From Cryomorphaceae bacterium (lineage in GTDB: Bacteria > Bacteroidota > Bacteroidia > Flavobacteriales > UBA7430): a stretch of DNA of 64,000 bases. The stretch covers positions 239,704-303,703 of the forward strand of contig BOWN01000002.1 of NCBI GenBank assembly GCA_019649675.1. Direction: 5' to 3'. Position numbers and translations under genes: made by a program. The notes under the pieces are model-generated. The model was not told the DNA's origin and ran no database searches. It saw only the letters and a program-made list of their open reading frames with translations. Each line of letters opens with the position of its first letter. The first letter of the stretch is position 1. Of the stretch, positions 33,179 to 44,231 are shown piece after piece.

Positions 33179-34552
33179 ATGAAAAATCAATCTGAAATAT
33201 TTGGACATCCAAAAGGACTATTTGTGCTTTTTTACAGAAATGTGGGAACGCTTTTCATATTATGGAATGCGTGCAATTTTAGTTCTTTACCTAGTAACTC
33301 AAACAACCGGAGACAATCCAGGATTAGGATGGACCAGTGGAGAAGCATTAGCCTTATATGGATGGTATACTATGTTAGTTTATGTAGCTTCAATTCCAGG
33401 GGCTGGATTGCTGATAGATTAATTGGTCAAAAAAAACTGTTCTCATTGGAGGATTAACTTTGTGTTTAGGTCATAGTATCTTAGCAGTTGAACAAAATGT
33501 GGGCTTTTTACTCTGGACTAGGACTAATTATTGCTGGAGTTGGTCTTTTAAACCTAACATATCCACAATGGTTGGTGGTTTATACGAACAAGGAGACATC
33601 AGAAGAGACAAAGGCTTTACCATTTTCTATATCGGTATAAATATTGGAGCATTTCTTTCAAGTTTAATTGTTGGTTATGTAGGTGAAGTTCACGGATGGC
33701 ATTATGGATTTGGCTTGGCAGGTATTGGGATGCTTTTAGGTCAGCTTGTTTATATGGTAGGACAAAAACATTTAACTCATGTTGGAAACTTATTAACTAA
33801 AACTGAAAATCCAGAAGAAAAGAAAAGTATAACCAACCACTTACAAAAATTGAAATAGATCGTGTTAAAGTTCTTTTACTTTCTTTCCTTATCGTAATTG
33901 TTTTTGGGGTGCTTTTGAACAAGCAGGATGGACTTATGAATATTTACACTTTAGAAAAACAAATCGTGTTATTGCCGGAATGACAATTCCAGCTTCGGTA
34001 TTTCAATCCTTAAATGCTGCATTTATAATTTTATTAGGTACATCAGTTGCAGGATATTGGGCTTCGAGATCATCTAAAAATAAAGAAGCATCTTCTCTAT
34101 TTAAAATGGCTGTAGGAACTATGATTATGGGTACCGGATTCTTTTTTATGTCTGCTGCATCAGCAGAATTTGACGCAAATGGTTCTTCAGCAATGTATTG
34201 GTTAGTATTAGCTTACCTATTTCATACTATTGGAGAATTATGTGCATCTCCTGTTGCACTCTCTTTTATTACAAAACTTGCACCTGTAAAATATGCCTCA
34301 ATAATGATGGGTGTTTATTTTGCCATGACTGGTTTTGGAAATAAACTTGCTGGGTTTCTTGGAGAATCTGCATCAGATTTAGGAGAATTTGTGATTTTTA
34401 CAGGAATTGCTGCCTTCTGTATAGCATTTGGCTTACTTATCATTGTATTTAAAAAACAATTAAATGCACTAACCCACGGAGCAGAAGACGAAGCTCAAAC
34501 TGATAATCAAATCAACTACTCAAACGCCTCACAATGTGAGGCGTTTATTTAA
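33179..34552 (+). CDS. POT/PTR2-family di/tripeptide:proton symporter, copy 1; about 4 frame breaks
   Basis: The POT signature '[27 protein letters not shown]' and '[21 protein letters not shown]' are present. The C-terminal piece is 33980..34552. Confidence 0.8.
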
Positions 34553-34562
34553 ATAATAAAAG

Positions 34563-36299
34563 ATGAATACTACAATCAACCATGACTTTTTTAAAACACA
34601 AGTACTCGGTCATCCTGCAGGATTATTTGTCCTCTTTTTCACTGAAATGTGGGAAAGATTCTCATTCTATGGAATGAGAGTTCTATTAATTAATTTTTTA
34701 ACCTATGCTGCTGTTGGTGCAAATCCTGGCTGGGCATGGACAGCTGAAAACGCTGGAGCTTTATTTGGAACTTATGCCATGTTACTATATCTCACACCTA
34801 TTGCTGGTGGGATAATAGCTGATAAGCTTACAGGATACAGATGGGCTGTGGTTATTGGTGCGCTATTATGACACTAGGACATGCTGCATGGCTCTCGAAA
34901 CAGAATTTATGCTTTATATAGGTCTTGCTCTATTAGTTATTGGGACAGGTTTTTTTAAACCAAACATGACCTCAATAATATCGAAATGTATAAAGATCTT
35001 CCAGAACGAAAAGACGGAGCTTATACCATTTTCTATATGGGCGTAAATGCGGGTGCTTTCTTTGGAATGATGCTTTGTGGTTATTTAGCCGAAAAAATTG
35101 GTTGGGCCTATGGCTTCGGCTTAGCAGGGATATTTATGTTACTAGGTACCTTACAATTTTGGCTTGCGAAACCTCTATTTGGGAACATTGGTGAAATTCC
35201 ATCCACTTTAGAGACAAATAATGAAACAGAAACTAAAAATGAAGAAAAGCCAAATCCATTTTCTGTTGTTGATCAAATACTTATTGCGATTTCTTCAATT
35301 ATAGGTCTAGCTTACGCCATTAACGATCCCATGTCTAAAATTGCTGGTATCGATTTGTTTCCATTTGAAATAGGAGCACTATCGGGTCAATATGCTGTTG
35401 TTTATTTGGACTTGCTTGCTTTTTATATTTAGTTGTCAGCCGAATTTCTAGATATACAAAGATTGTCAGAGATCGAATGATTGCAGTAATTATATTTGCA
35501 TTCTTCACTGTATTCTTTTGGATGAGCTTTGAGCAAGGAGCAACTTCATTAGTTTATTTGCGCGCGATTATGTTGATCGAACTTTAGTTGGAAATGGACA
35601 AATGATTTTCAATATTATAAACAGCTTACTAACCATAGTCCCTCTAGCAATTATTACATGGGTTCTAATTTTATTGGGAAAAGAAACTCTAAAAAAATAC
35701 CAAAATCAAACTATGTTTTAGCGATATGTTTTATTTTTATATGGCTAATTGTGTTATGGATGTTAGAAAGAGAATTCTCTGCAACAGAATCAGAAATTAC
35801 CGTATCATGGTTTAGCATCTTAAACTCGTTCTTCATTATTGCTTTTGCTTCAGCGTTTTCAAAATGGTGGGATAGTAAATATAATCCTTCTGCTGCTGTA
35901 AAATATGGGCTTGGGCTTATCATTATGGCTGTAGGTTTTGGTTTCTTAGCTTTTGGTTCTTTCGGTACTGAAATAGGTGTTAAAGTAAGTATGATATGGC
36001 TGGTATTGGCCTATTTATTTCATACACTTGGAGAGCTTTGCTTATCTCCCGTAGGACTGTCATATGTATCTAAACTGGTCCCTGCAAGAATGATTGCATT
36101 TATGTTTGGAATGTGGTATTTGGCTATTGCAATAGGTAATAAACTTGCTGCGGTACTAGGTGGACAAATAGAAAATATTACACACGAATATAGTTTATCA
36201 ACTTTCTTTTTAATCTTTACTATTGTCCCAACAATTGCTGGATTATTAGTAATTTCATTAAACCCATTGTTAAAAAAATTAATGCACGGAGTTAAATAA
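34563..36299 (+). CDS. POT/PTR2-family di/tripeptide:proton symporter, copy 2 (longer); about 4 frame breaks
   Basis: '[27 protein letters not shown]' and 'FYMGVNAGAFFGMMLCGYLAEKIGW' are present. The C-terminal piece is 35658..36299. Confidence 0.8.
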
Positions 36300-36366
36300 T
36301 TAAAATAAAACACCGTAAATCATTTTTAAATATTAATTGTAGTTTTGAAGATATAAAATAAACAAA

Positions 36367-36905
36367 ATGAAAAAGCACTTCTCATCATACTCTTGGTAAC
36401 CTTCTCAACCATTGTTGCTCAAGATCATAAAATTAACTGGTTAAGCATAGAAGAAGTTGAGGTACTACAACAAAAGGAACCCCGAAAAGTCCTTATGGAC
36501 GTTTACACTACATGGTGCGGTCCTTGTAAAATGATGATGAGAAACACATTTACCAATAAGGATGTTATCAATTATGTAAACAAAAATTTTTATGCGGTTA
36601 AATTTGATGCAGAAAGTGGTAAAGATGTAACTTTTAAGGGGACTTCTTATAAAAACCCAAGTTACAACCCAAATGCACGAAGAAAATCACCTCACCAATT
36701 TGCACAAGCTTTAGGAATCAACTCCTATCCTACAATAATTTACATGGATGAAGAAATGAATATTATTGCGCCGATAAAGGGATATCAAACACCTAGTCAG
36801 ATTGAATTATATTTAAGATTATTTGCTGAAAATATATACAAAGAAGTGGAATCTCAAGAAGCATTTCAAAAGTATCAATCAAATTTCAAACCTACTTTTC
36901 AATAG
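36367..36905 (+). CDS. Secreted thioredoxin-fold protein (WCGPC); one frame break in the signal peptide
   Basis: The ATG at 36367 joins track ORF 36393..36905 if one A is added to the A5 run at 36370-36374, giving 'MKKALLIILLVTFSTIVAQ'. The active site is 'YTTWCGPCKMM'. Confidence 0.65.
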
Positions 36906-36938
36906 TCAAACTAATCTCAACTAAACCTTTGTAATTTA

Positions 36939-37262
36939 TTAATGACTCTTGTCCTTTTTAGGTTTAGCCATCATATCATCAGAGTCAGCAATACCGACTC
37001 CTGCATACAAAAGACGAGCTTTTTTTTTCAATAGCGTTTTTTTCATTCTAAGCATCCAAGTTTCATCATATTTATCAGGATTGTCAGGAAAATAACTGTA
37101 CGAACTAAAACAAAAAAGTTCCTTTTCATTTTTTAAACAAACAAACTGAGGAGAATGACCTAACTCACTTTTAACGGCTAAAAACTCAAAACCATTTTCA
37201 ACCAAGTGCTTACCAACCAAATTCATCCCCATTTGATGAATTTCTTGCTGACTTAATAACAT
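36939..37262 (-). CDS. Hypothetical protein (107 aa)
   Basis: This is an ORF only, and no family was recognised. It contains T9 and T7 runs on the plus strand (37020-37028, 37037-37043), so the reading frame is not secure. Confidence 0.3.
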   Translation of the reverse strand: MLLSQQEIHQMGMNLVGKHLVENGFEFLAVKSELGHSPQFVCLKNEKELFCFSSYSYFPDNPDKYDETWMLRMKKTLLKKKARLLYAGVGIADSDDMMAKPKKDKSH

Positions 37263-37281
37263 AACACAAAGGTATAAAACT

Positions 37282-37313
37282 AAAAAAGTCTTCTGAATAC
37301 TCAGAAAACTTTT
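37282..37313 (-). terminator. Intrinsic terminator after tRNA-His
   Basis: An imperfect stem AAAAGT.TTCTGA/TCAGAA.ACTTTT has a 4-nt loop and is followed by a T run on the minus strand. It starts 8 nt after the tRNA 3' end. Confidence 0.5.
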
Positions 37314-37320
37314 CTTTTAG

Positions 37321-37395
37321 GGTGGCTGATGGGATTCGAACCCACGACCCCCGGCACCACAAACCAGTGCTCTAACCAGCTGAGCTACAACCACC
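37321..37395 (-). tRNA. tRNA-His (anticodon GTG) with genome-encoded G-1; no encoded CCA
   Basis: The reverse complement folds by hand as G(-1)+GTGGTTG / TA / GCTC-AGCTGGTTA-GAGC / A / CTGGT-TTGTGGT-GCCGG / GGGTC / GTGGG-TTCGAAT-CCCAT / CAGCCAC / C73. G-1 opposite C73 is the His identity element. Confidence 0.9.
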
Positions 37396-37408
37396 ATTTT
37401 AACGGAGG

Positions 37409-37416
37409 CAAATATA
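37409..37416 (-). promoter_or_regulatory. Candidate -7 box (TATATTTG) for tRNA-His
   Basis: The minus strand reads TATATTTG. Its G lies 14 nt before the mature 5' end. Confidence 0.3.
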
Positions 37417-37494
37417 AAATATATATTACAGATAGCCTATATACTCAATAAAATAATTCAATCTATAGTGGTTGTGAAAATTTGATTATTAAAC

Positions 37495-37502
37495 TAACTT
37501 TG
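37495..37502 (+). promoter_or_regulatory. Candidate -7 box (TAACTTTG) for the P-type ATPase
   Basis: The sequence matches TAnnTTTG. Its G lies 18 nt before the ATG at 37520. Confidence 0.3.
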
Positions 37503-37519
37503 AAAAAAGTGATTAATAT

Positions 37520-39625
37520 ATGGCTGGACCCTACCAATATAAAGTAGAGGGTATAAATTGCATCAACTGTGCAAATGGTATCAAAAACCATTTGAGTAAA
37601 AAGCATATTACAAAAGTAAATGTCGATATTTCGAGAGGAATTGTTACGATATACAATGATCAATATAACGCCAGTGAAATTGAGCAATTTATCAATGTTC
37701 TAGGATATAAAACAACATTTTTTAGAGACGAGGTAAAACAAAACTACAAACTAGAACGCTATCTCATTTTTTGTACATTACTTAGCCTACCTCTTTTAGG
37801 TCATATGTTTGTTGGGCAAGATCATTTTCTACAAAACCCCTGGCTGCAAATTTGTTTAAGCACCCCAGTTTTATTAATTGGCTATCAATACTTTGCTATA
37901 GGTGCTTTAAATTCTATTAGAAATTTAAAACCTAATATGAATGTTCTTATCTTAATGGGTGCCACAGCAGCTTATATATATAGCATAACAGGTTGGATAT
38001 TTAATTACAATAACTTGCAATTACATCATTACTTGTTTTTTGAAACAACTGCAATTATTATTACACTTGTATTATTGGGTAATTATTTTGAAAAGCTTTC
38101 TATTACAAAAACTACTTCTGTTTTAGACTCTCTTATACAATTGCAACCCAAAAAAGCCATAAAAGAAGTTGATGGTAATTTAATTAAATATCCCATTTCA
38201 GCATTAAAAATTGGTGACATCATTATTGTTAATCAGGGAGATTCAGTCCCCATAGATGCTGAAATTATTTGGGGAGAATGTTCTGTAGATGAGAGTATGA
38301 TCTCAGGTGAAAGTACACCCGTATTCAAATCTACCCATCAAAAAGTAATAGGGGGAACTCTAATTATTGATGGAAATATAAAATGTAGAGTCACTACGGA
38401 TATTGCAAACACAATATTATCTCAAATTATTAAACTGGTAAGAAACGCTCAGGAAGACAAACCCAAAATTCAACAATTAGGAGATAAGATCAGCAATTAT
38501 TTTGTCCCTGTAGTACTCGGAATAGCAATTGTTACATTTCTAATTAATTACTACTCATATCATATAAATTTTGAAAACTCCTTACTAAGAGCTATTGCTG
38601 TTTTAGTGATTTCATGCCCTTGTGCTATGGGTTTAGCTACACCCACTGCTGTTATGGTAGGAGTTGGAAGGGCAGCAAAAAATGGTATACTTATTAAAGG
38701 TGGTTCTACTATTGAATTATTCAGCAAAACGAAAAAAATAATCTTCGATAAAACAGGAACACTTACCAATGGCGAATTTAAAATTCATGAATTAAAAAAG
38801 TGGAATGAAAATTATCCTGTTGAAAGTATCATCTATGAACTCGAAAAACACTCATCTCATCCCATAGCAAAATCACTTGTTAAGCATCTAGATGCAAATA
38901 AAACAAATATCAAATTTGATAGTGTAAATGAAATAAAAGGAAAAGGATTTCATGCGACCGACACAGAAGGGAATTCGTATCAATTTGGTTCTGCTCAATT
39001 CATACAGATTACTGATCCTCTTATTAAAAAACACTTTCAATTGTTTCTTAAGATTAATAATGAACTGGTTACAGCACTTTCTATTAGCGATGAAATAAAA
39101 AAAGGTGCAAAGGATCTAATAAACTATTTTAATCGTAAAAAAATTGAAACAATTATACTAAGTGGTGATAATAAACAAAAATGTGATCTGCTTGCTAGTG
39201 AGCTAAAAATAAATGAAGTAATTGCCAATCAACTACCCGAAGATAAAATTGAAAAGATCAGACAGTTAACCAAAGAGAATATCATAACCATGATCGGCGA
39301 TGGTATTAACGATGCACCTGCACTAACAAAGGCACACGTTGGAGTATCACATAGTGAAGCATCTGAAGTAGCTGTTAAATCGGCATCTATTGTATTATTA
39401 AATCACAATTTAAAATTAGTTCAAAAGGCCTATCAAATCTGTACCCACACCTATCTGACAATCAAACAAAATTTATTTTGGGCTTTTGCATACAATATAA
39501 TCGCAATCCCTTTAGCTTCAATGGGTTATTTAAATCCTATTTTTGCTGCATTAACCATGGCTTTTTCGGATATTGTTGTCGTTGGAAACTCAATCCGTTT
39601 AAAATATAAAAACATCGATTCTTAA
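37520..39625 (+). CDS. Heavy-metal translocating P1B-type ATPase (copper-type signature)
   Basis: The intact 701-aa ORF has an N-terminal HMA domain with 'GINCINC'. It carries the TM6 'SCPCAMGLATP', phosphorylation site 'DKTGTLT', 'SSHPIAKS' and hinge 'GDGINDAPAL', plus the TM7 'AYNIIAIP'. Confidence 0.9.
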   Translation: MAGPYQYKVEGINCINCANGIKNHLSKKHITKVNVDISRGIVTIYNDQYNASEIEQFINVLGYKTTFFRDEVKQNYKLERYLIFCTLLSLPLLGHMFVGQDHFLQNPWLQICLSTPVLLIGYQYFAIGALNSIRNLKPNMNVLILMGATAAYIYSITGWIFNYNNLQLHHYLFFETTAIIITLVLLGNYFEKLSITKTTSVLDSLIQLQPKKAIKEVDGNLIKYPISALKIGDIIIVNQGDSVPIDAEIIWGECSVDESMISGESTPVFKSTHQKVIGGTLIIDGNIKCRVTTDIANTILSQIIKLVRNAQEDKPKIQQLGDKISNYFVPVVLGIAIVTFLINYYSYHINFENSLLRAIAVLVISCPCAMGLATPTAVMVGVGRAAKNGILIKGGSTIELFSKTKKIIFDKTGTLTNGEFKIHELKKWNENYPVESIIYELEKHSSHPIAKSLVKHLDANKTNIKFDSVNEIKGKGFHATDTEGNSYQFGSAQFIQITDPLIKKHFQLFLKINNELVTALSISDEIKKGAKDLINYFNRKKIETIILSGDNKQKCDLLASELKINEVIANQLPEDKIEKIRQLTKENIITMIGDGINDAPALTKAHVGVSHSEASEVAVKSASIVLLNHNLKLVQKAYQICTHTYLTIKQNLFWAFAYNIIAIPLASMGYLNPIFAALTMAFSDIVVVGNSIRLKYKNIDS

Positions 39626-40735
39626 TGTCGAAAAAAAAAATTTTACATCTGGCTAAATGGTATCCTAACAAAGTAGAACCTTTACTTGGAATTTTTATTC
39701 AAAAGCACATTCAATCTGTGCAAGAGTCTTATGATCATAAAGTAATCAGTATTTATCAAACCAATACAATTATTTCAAATATTCATCGAAAAGTAAATTA
39801 CCATAATAGTACTGAAGAAGTTGTTTTTTACCACAAAAAAGGTTTTGTTAAATAAAATTAGGGTGCTTTTTAAAGTGTGGAAAGAAATAAAAAATTTTCA
39901 GGCACACTTGATACACGCACATGTCATGGGATGGACCAGTACATTAGCCTATTTTTTATCCAATACAAGTCAAACGCCATTTCTCATTTCAGAACATTGG
40001 AGTGGCTACCATAAAAAGGGATATGCCCAACTCAAATCTACATCTAAAATATTAAGAAAAATATCTGCAAAAAAAGCAAAAAAAATTAGTGTTGTATCTC
40101 ACTTCCTAAAAGATGATATGGTTAAATGTGGTATAAAAGGAAATTACACAATCATAGGAAATGTTGTAGATGGTATAGCTTTAGAAATTGAAAAGAATAA
40201 ATCTTTCAGTTATGTATTTGCTGGAGATTTAATTCAAGAAACAAAAAATGTAAAAGGAATAATAGAAGCCTTTTCAGAGATCTTAAAACACCATAAAGAC
40301 ATAAAGCTGGAAATTATTGGAGACGGTAAAGACCTAAAAAATTATAAAGCTCTATCGAATAGATTAAAACTTAGCAATCACATTTCTTTCCATGGAAATA
40401 GAAACAACGAATATATATTTAAGACCCTATCCCAATCACATGTATTAATCTTAAATAGCTATTTTGAAACCTTCTCTGTTATTTGTGCGGAGGCACTACT
40501 ATGTGGAATCCCCGTCATCTCAACCAAATGTGGTGGACCGGAAAGCTTTTTAAATGACAAAACTGGAATTCTTATCGATATTGACAATAAAAAACAACTT
40601 ATAACAGCTATGGAGTGTATGATTAACAACCATAATCAATATGAACCTGAAAAGTTAAAAAGTATGGCTCATCAATTTAGTATGCACAATATTGGTAAAA
40701 AAATAAATCAAGAATACATACTAGCACTTAACTAA
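39625..40735 (+). CDS. Family 4 glycosyltransferase; one frame break at the A6 run 39835-39840
   Basis: The N-terminus reads 'MSKKKILHLAKWYPNKVEPLLGIFIQKHIQS'. The C-terminal GT1/GT4 core is 'SYFETFSVICAEALLCGIPVISTKCGGPESFLNDKTGILI'. Its ATG overlaps the ATPase TAA as TAATG. Confidence 0.75.
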
Positions 40736-41958
40736 ACTTTTTTTAGATAAACAAAGAACAAAGCAAGAGATAAAATACCTGAGATCCACAATAAAACACT
40801 GGTAACGATAGCAGCTCCAACTATTCCCCAAGCATAAATTGCATAATAATTAAGAATCCCATTTAATACTAAAATAATAAACGCTACAATAGCATTCCAA
40901 TTGGACTTACCTACTGATGCCAAAATATTACCAAAAGGTATTCTTAAAATAAAGGCACCTATCATTCCTAATATCAAAATCTCAAATAAATAAGCTGCTT
41001 CAGCATATTCTTCTCCAAATAAAATTGAAATGATAGAGTCAGACATAAAATAAAGTAAAGTACCTAAAACAAATGCCAAAACAGAAAATAGTTTAATGTA
41101 ATCTTTTGCAAAACCAATCAAATACTTTTTATCCATACTATTTTTAGCCAAATCAGTATAATGTGTTGTGATGTAAGAATTAGGAATAAAAAATAAAGCT
41201 ACAGGGATAATACTAGCAGATCGATAAATAGCTACCTGCTGAGAATCCTGAATTAATTTACCTACCAAAAATATATCTAGAGAGTACATGAGCTGAGAGG
41301 CTATTGCTCCTATCCCAACCCAAATCCCATAGGAATAATATTTTTCAGGTATTTTTACAGCCATCCTTTTAGGAACCTTTAAATGAACCAATCCTAAAAC
41401 TAAAGGGACCGTGATAAATACAACAACATAAGATAGTGGTCCATAAAAATAAGTTAAGCCGGTTCCTAAGAACAAAACCAAAACTGACAAATAGATATCT
41501 ATTTTAGCATATTTTTTATTTTGATCATTAACACGGTAACGCATTTTTACCAATTCAATAAGAAAAGAACTAAACAGATAAAATACCAACCAATTAAAAT
41601 AAATCGAAGTATTACCTAGGGCACTATTAAGCCAAGGTATCAATAAAAATAGCATAAATGCAATACAAAAGCTGAATAAAAAACCCCTATACAAGCTGTG
41701 TTGAAATAATCCGTTCCTATTTTTTTTATCGTATAGCATAGGTGCATATCTAAGAAAAGAATGCTGCATACCACCACCAGAAAAAGGAATAAAAAAAGCC
41801 AATGCAGATAATACATAAGACAACACGCCAAACTCATCAGGACTTAAAATCCTAATTAGAATTAAGGAAGTTAAAAAACTACAAATCTTAGTAATCAAAA
41901 AGGAAGCGAACACATAGGTTCCTTCTTTGTTTAAAAAATTTTCCAGAATACGAATCAA
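40732..41958 (-). CDS. Polysaccharide/oligosaccharide flippase (Wzx/MOP superfamily), multi-pass membrane protein
   Basis: The ORF is intact at 408 aa, about 12 hydrophobic segments, and reads 'LIRILSPDEFGVLSY' near the N-terminus. It has a TTG start and is convergent with the GT4 gene, overlapping it by 4 nt. Confidence 0.65.
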   Translation of the reverse strand: MIRILENFLNKEGTYVFASFLITKICSFLTSLILIRILSPDEFGVLSYVLSALAFFIPFSGGGMQHSFLRYAPMLYDKKNRNGLFQHSLYRGFLFSFCIAFMLFLLIPWLNSALGNTSIYFNWLVFYLFSSFLIELVKMRYRVNDQNKKYAKIDIYLSVLVLFLGTGLTYFYGPLSYVVVFITVPLVLGLVHLKVPKRMAVKIPEKYYSYGIWVGIGAIASQLMYSLDIFLVGKLIQDSQQVAIYRSASIIPVALFFIPNSYITTHYTDLAKNSMDKKYLIGFAKDYIKLFSVLAFVLGTLLYFMSDSIISILFGEEYAEAAYLFEILILGMIGAFILRIPFGNILASVGKSNWNAIVAFIILVLNGILNYYAIYAWGIVGAAIVTSVLLWISGILSLALFFVYLKKV

Positions 41959-42058
41959 TAGTTCTATTTATTTGAATAGAAAGTAAACTTAATAAAACTT
42001 ATATAATCAAACCAAATGATACAAATGGTAGATTATTTGATAAGTATACTGAAAAACA

Positions 42059-42066
42059 TATATTTG
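42059..42066 (+). promoter_or_regulatory. Candidate -7 box (TATATTTG)
   Basis: The sequence matches TAnnTTTG. Its G lies 33 nt before the ATG at 42099. Confidence 0.3.
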
Positions 42067-42098
42067 CAAACAATCGCTTTTAACTTAACACATTAACA

Positions 42099-44168
42099 AT
42101 GAAAAAACTACTACAATCTTTATTTATTTTAGCCTTTACATTTGCTTCTACAGCACAGGCTCAAATTTCAAAAACATCAATCGGGTCATCTTGGAATATG
42201 TACACGGTTTTAACTCCTTCTACGAACCCAGTTCATGTAAATGATGGTTTAGGGACAATATCTTTTGCGCACAGACAGAACGCAGAATTTCCTGGAGGTT
42301 CTGGTGTCATGCAAACCACTTGGTCTGAAGATGGGGGTCTAACTTGGGGTAACTATATACTTCAACCTACAAATGACTCAACTGAATTAAATTATAACCG
42401 TTACCCATCAGGATTAATAGTTGATCCAATTGGAGATGGTTTATCTTCAGCACATACCGTTGTTTGTGGTCCTTCAACTGCTCCAGTAGGAGATGGATGG
42501 AGTGGAAATTATTTTTACAACTACGCTTTAGACGGTTCTGGCGGAAGAGAATTCCTTCTTTATGATTCTGACACAGAGTTCCCTAGCTTCACAAGAAACT
42601 CTATGATGGCTGATAAAAGTGATGTGATTCGTGTTTTAGGTTATGATGGTGATCAAGGTGCTCAGCTTGTTGTTTCCACAGGTACTTTTGATCCAGTAGG
42701 ACAAAGCTATTTCACAGACTTCGTTTACGCTGCAACAGCCTCATACTATGTTGGTGAAACACTAGATGCAAACGGAAACGTTACTACTCCAGCTGCATGG
42801 GGACCTGCAGAACCTCTAAATTTAGGAGACACCGTTTTCTATTTGACTTCTGAAAACTATGACTTATTTAGCGATGGTACAATAGATGAAACATGGACAA
42901 ACGAACTCGAAATCATAAATAACTATGATGCTAATGGGGATTTATTAGATGTTCCCGATACACTTCAAGTATGGAATAATGTTGCGAATATTCAAGATGC
43001 TGAAGGGAATTGGGTACCAACTACTTTTCCGTATGATTCTTTCTATGTTGAATTAAATGGATCTGTAGACTCAACATTAGTTGAAGGAACCCCAGGTTAC
43101 TATTGGACACAACAAGGTTTAACATCTGATGGCTTAGTTGAGTTTTATGATTACAGCATGGCTTTTAACGAAAATGGAAATATTGGTTATGTTGTCCATC
43201 AAGGAACTGATGCTAATGGTCAAATAGTACCATTTGTTCATTATACATCTGATGGTGGTTCAACATGGACACAACTAGATCACGATTTCTCTGTTATTGA
43301 AGCTTATATCTTACCTGCATACAATGGGGGAATTGACTGTACTGTTGATATAAATGGTGATTTACATATGATTTCATGCTTATTTGAAGGTGATGCATCA
43401 ATAGCAGAAACCAACAGAAAACTATATGATATCGTGGTAAACCCAGCTGACTGGAACGCTCACTGGATTTCTGATATCAACACTGAAAGAGTACTTGACA
43501 CTGATCCAATGGCAATTCATGGAATTGGCTACAATCACCGTATTCAAGCGGCAAGAAGTTCTGATGGGTCTAAAGTATTTGCTATTTGGACTGACGTTAA
43601 CTTAGAAGAATTTGGAGAAGAGATTGAAAAAGTTGAATTCCCAGACATTTATGCATTTGGTAAAGATGTTCAAACTGGATTGGTGACAGGTGTTACAAAC
43701 TTTACAAAATACACTATCGTAGAAGGTGCTTGTTATTGGATGTTCACTTCACCTGTAACTTATGATACAGAAAATAGTTATAATCTACCTACAACTATTT
43801 CAGAAGCTGGAAACAGTGAGTTAGATGCTATGGAGCATTTTTATATCGATGGAATCTCATTTGATAAAGGTGACTTTATCATCGAAAATTGGAACATGGA
43901 TATAACTCAAATTCCTTCTATTGAATTTGACATATATCCTAATCCAGCAAGCGATTTTGCAAACCTATCTCTAAACATGGAAGGTGAAGGAGATGTCTCA
44001 ATTAGTGTGCTTAATGCTATTGGACAAGAAGTATTCTATTCTAACGATACATATAAATCTGGAATTCATTGTGTAAAAATAGACCTTAACGGACTTGAAG
44101 CTGGTGTCTATTTCTACACTGTCACATCAGAAAACTTCTCAAACACAAGAAGACTTGTGGTAAAATAA
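42099..44168 (+). CDS. Secreted BNR-repeat (sialidase/Sortilin-like fold) protein with T9SS type A C-terminal sorting domain
   Basis: The intact 689-aa ORF has a signal peptide and BNR motifs 'WSEDGGLTWG' and 'YTSDGGSTWTQ'. The C-terminus reads 'FDIYPNPASDFANLSL...GVYFYTVTSENFSNTRRLVVK'. Confidence 0.7.
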   Translation: MKKLLQSLFILAFTFASTAQAQISKTSIGSSWNMYTVLTPSTNPVHVNDGLGTISFAHRQNAEFPGGSGVMQTTWSEDGGLTWGNYILQPTNDSTELNYNRYPSGLIVDPIGDGLSSAHTVVCGPSTAPVGDGWSGNYFYNYALDGSGGREFLLYDSDTEFPSFTRNSMMADKSDVIRVLGYDGDQGAQLVVSTGTFDPVGQSYFTDFVYAATASYYVGETLDANGNVTTPAAWGPAEPLNLGDTVFYLTSENYDLFSDGTIDETWTNELEIINNYDANGDLLDVPDTLQVWNNVANIQDAEGNWVPTTFPYDSFYVELNGSVDSTLVEGTPGYYWTQQGLTSDGLVEFYDYSMAFNENGNIGYVVHQGTDANGQIVPFVHYTSDGGSTWTQLDHDFSVIEAYILPAYNGGIDCTVDINGDLHMISCLFEGDASIAETNRKLYDIVVNPADWNAHWISDINTERVLDTDPMAIHGIGYNHRIQAARSSDGSKVFAIWTDVNLEEFGEEIEKVEFPDIYAFGKDVQTGLVTGVTNFTKYTIVEGACYWMFTSPVTYDTENSYNLPTTISEAGNSELDAMEHFYIDGISFDKGDFIIENWNMDITQIPSIEFDIYPNPASDFANLSLNMEGEGDVSISVLNAIGQEVFYSNDTYKSGIHCVKIDLNGLEAGVYFYTVTSENFSNTRRLVVK

Positions 44169-44187
44169 CCACAGCTCTAAATAAAAT

Positions 44188-44217
44188 AAAAAAGACTGTC
44201 TATAGACAGTCTTTTTT
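44188..44217. terminator. Bidirectional intrinsic terminator
   Basis: A perfect palindrome AAAAAAGACTGTC-TATA-GACAGTCTTTTTT lies between the convergent genes ending at 44168 (+) and 44232 (-). Confidence 0.7.
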
Positions 44218-44231
44218 ATTTTCAAAATACA

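Noticed and set aside
33395-33420. 'ggggctggattgctgat', reminiscent of a tmRNA 5' end
   Set aside because: It lies inside the POT permease coding frame ('[11 protein letters not shown]'). There is no tRNA-like 3' domain or tag ORF nearby.
41962-41981. Inverted repeat TTCTATT-N6-AATAGAA just upstream of the flippase TTG start, and the 12-nt palindrome TGTAATTTTACA at 55268-55279 between anmK and the acyl-CoA dehydrogenase, as operators
   Set aside because: These are short AT-rich palindromes that are expected by chance in AT-rich spacers. No cognate regulator gene is adjacent.
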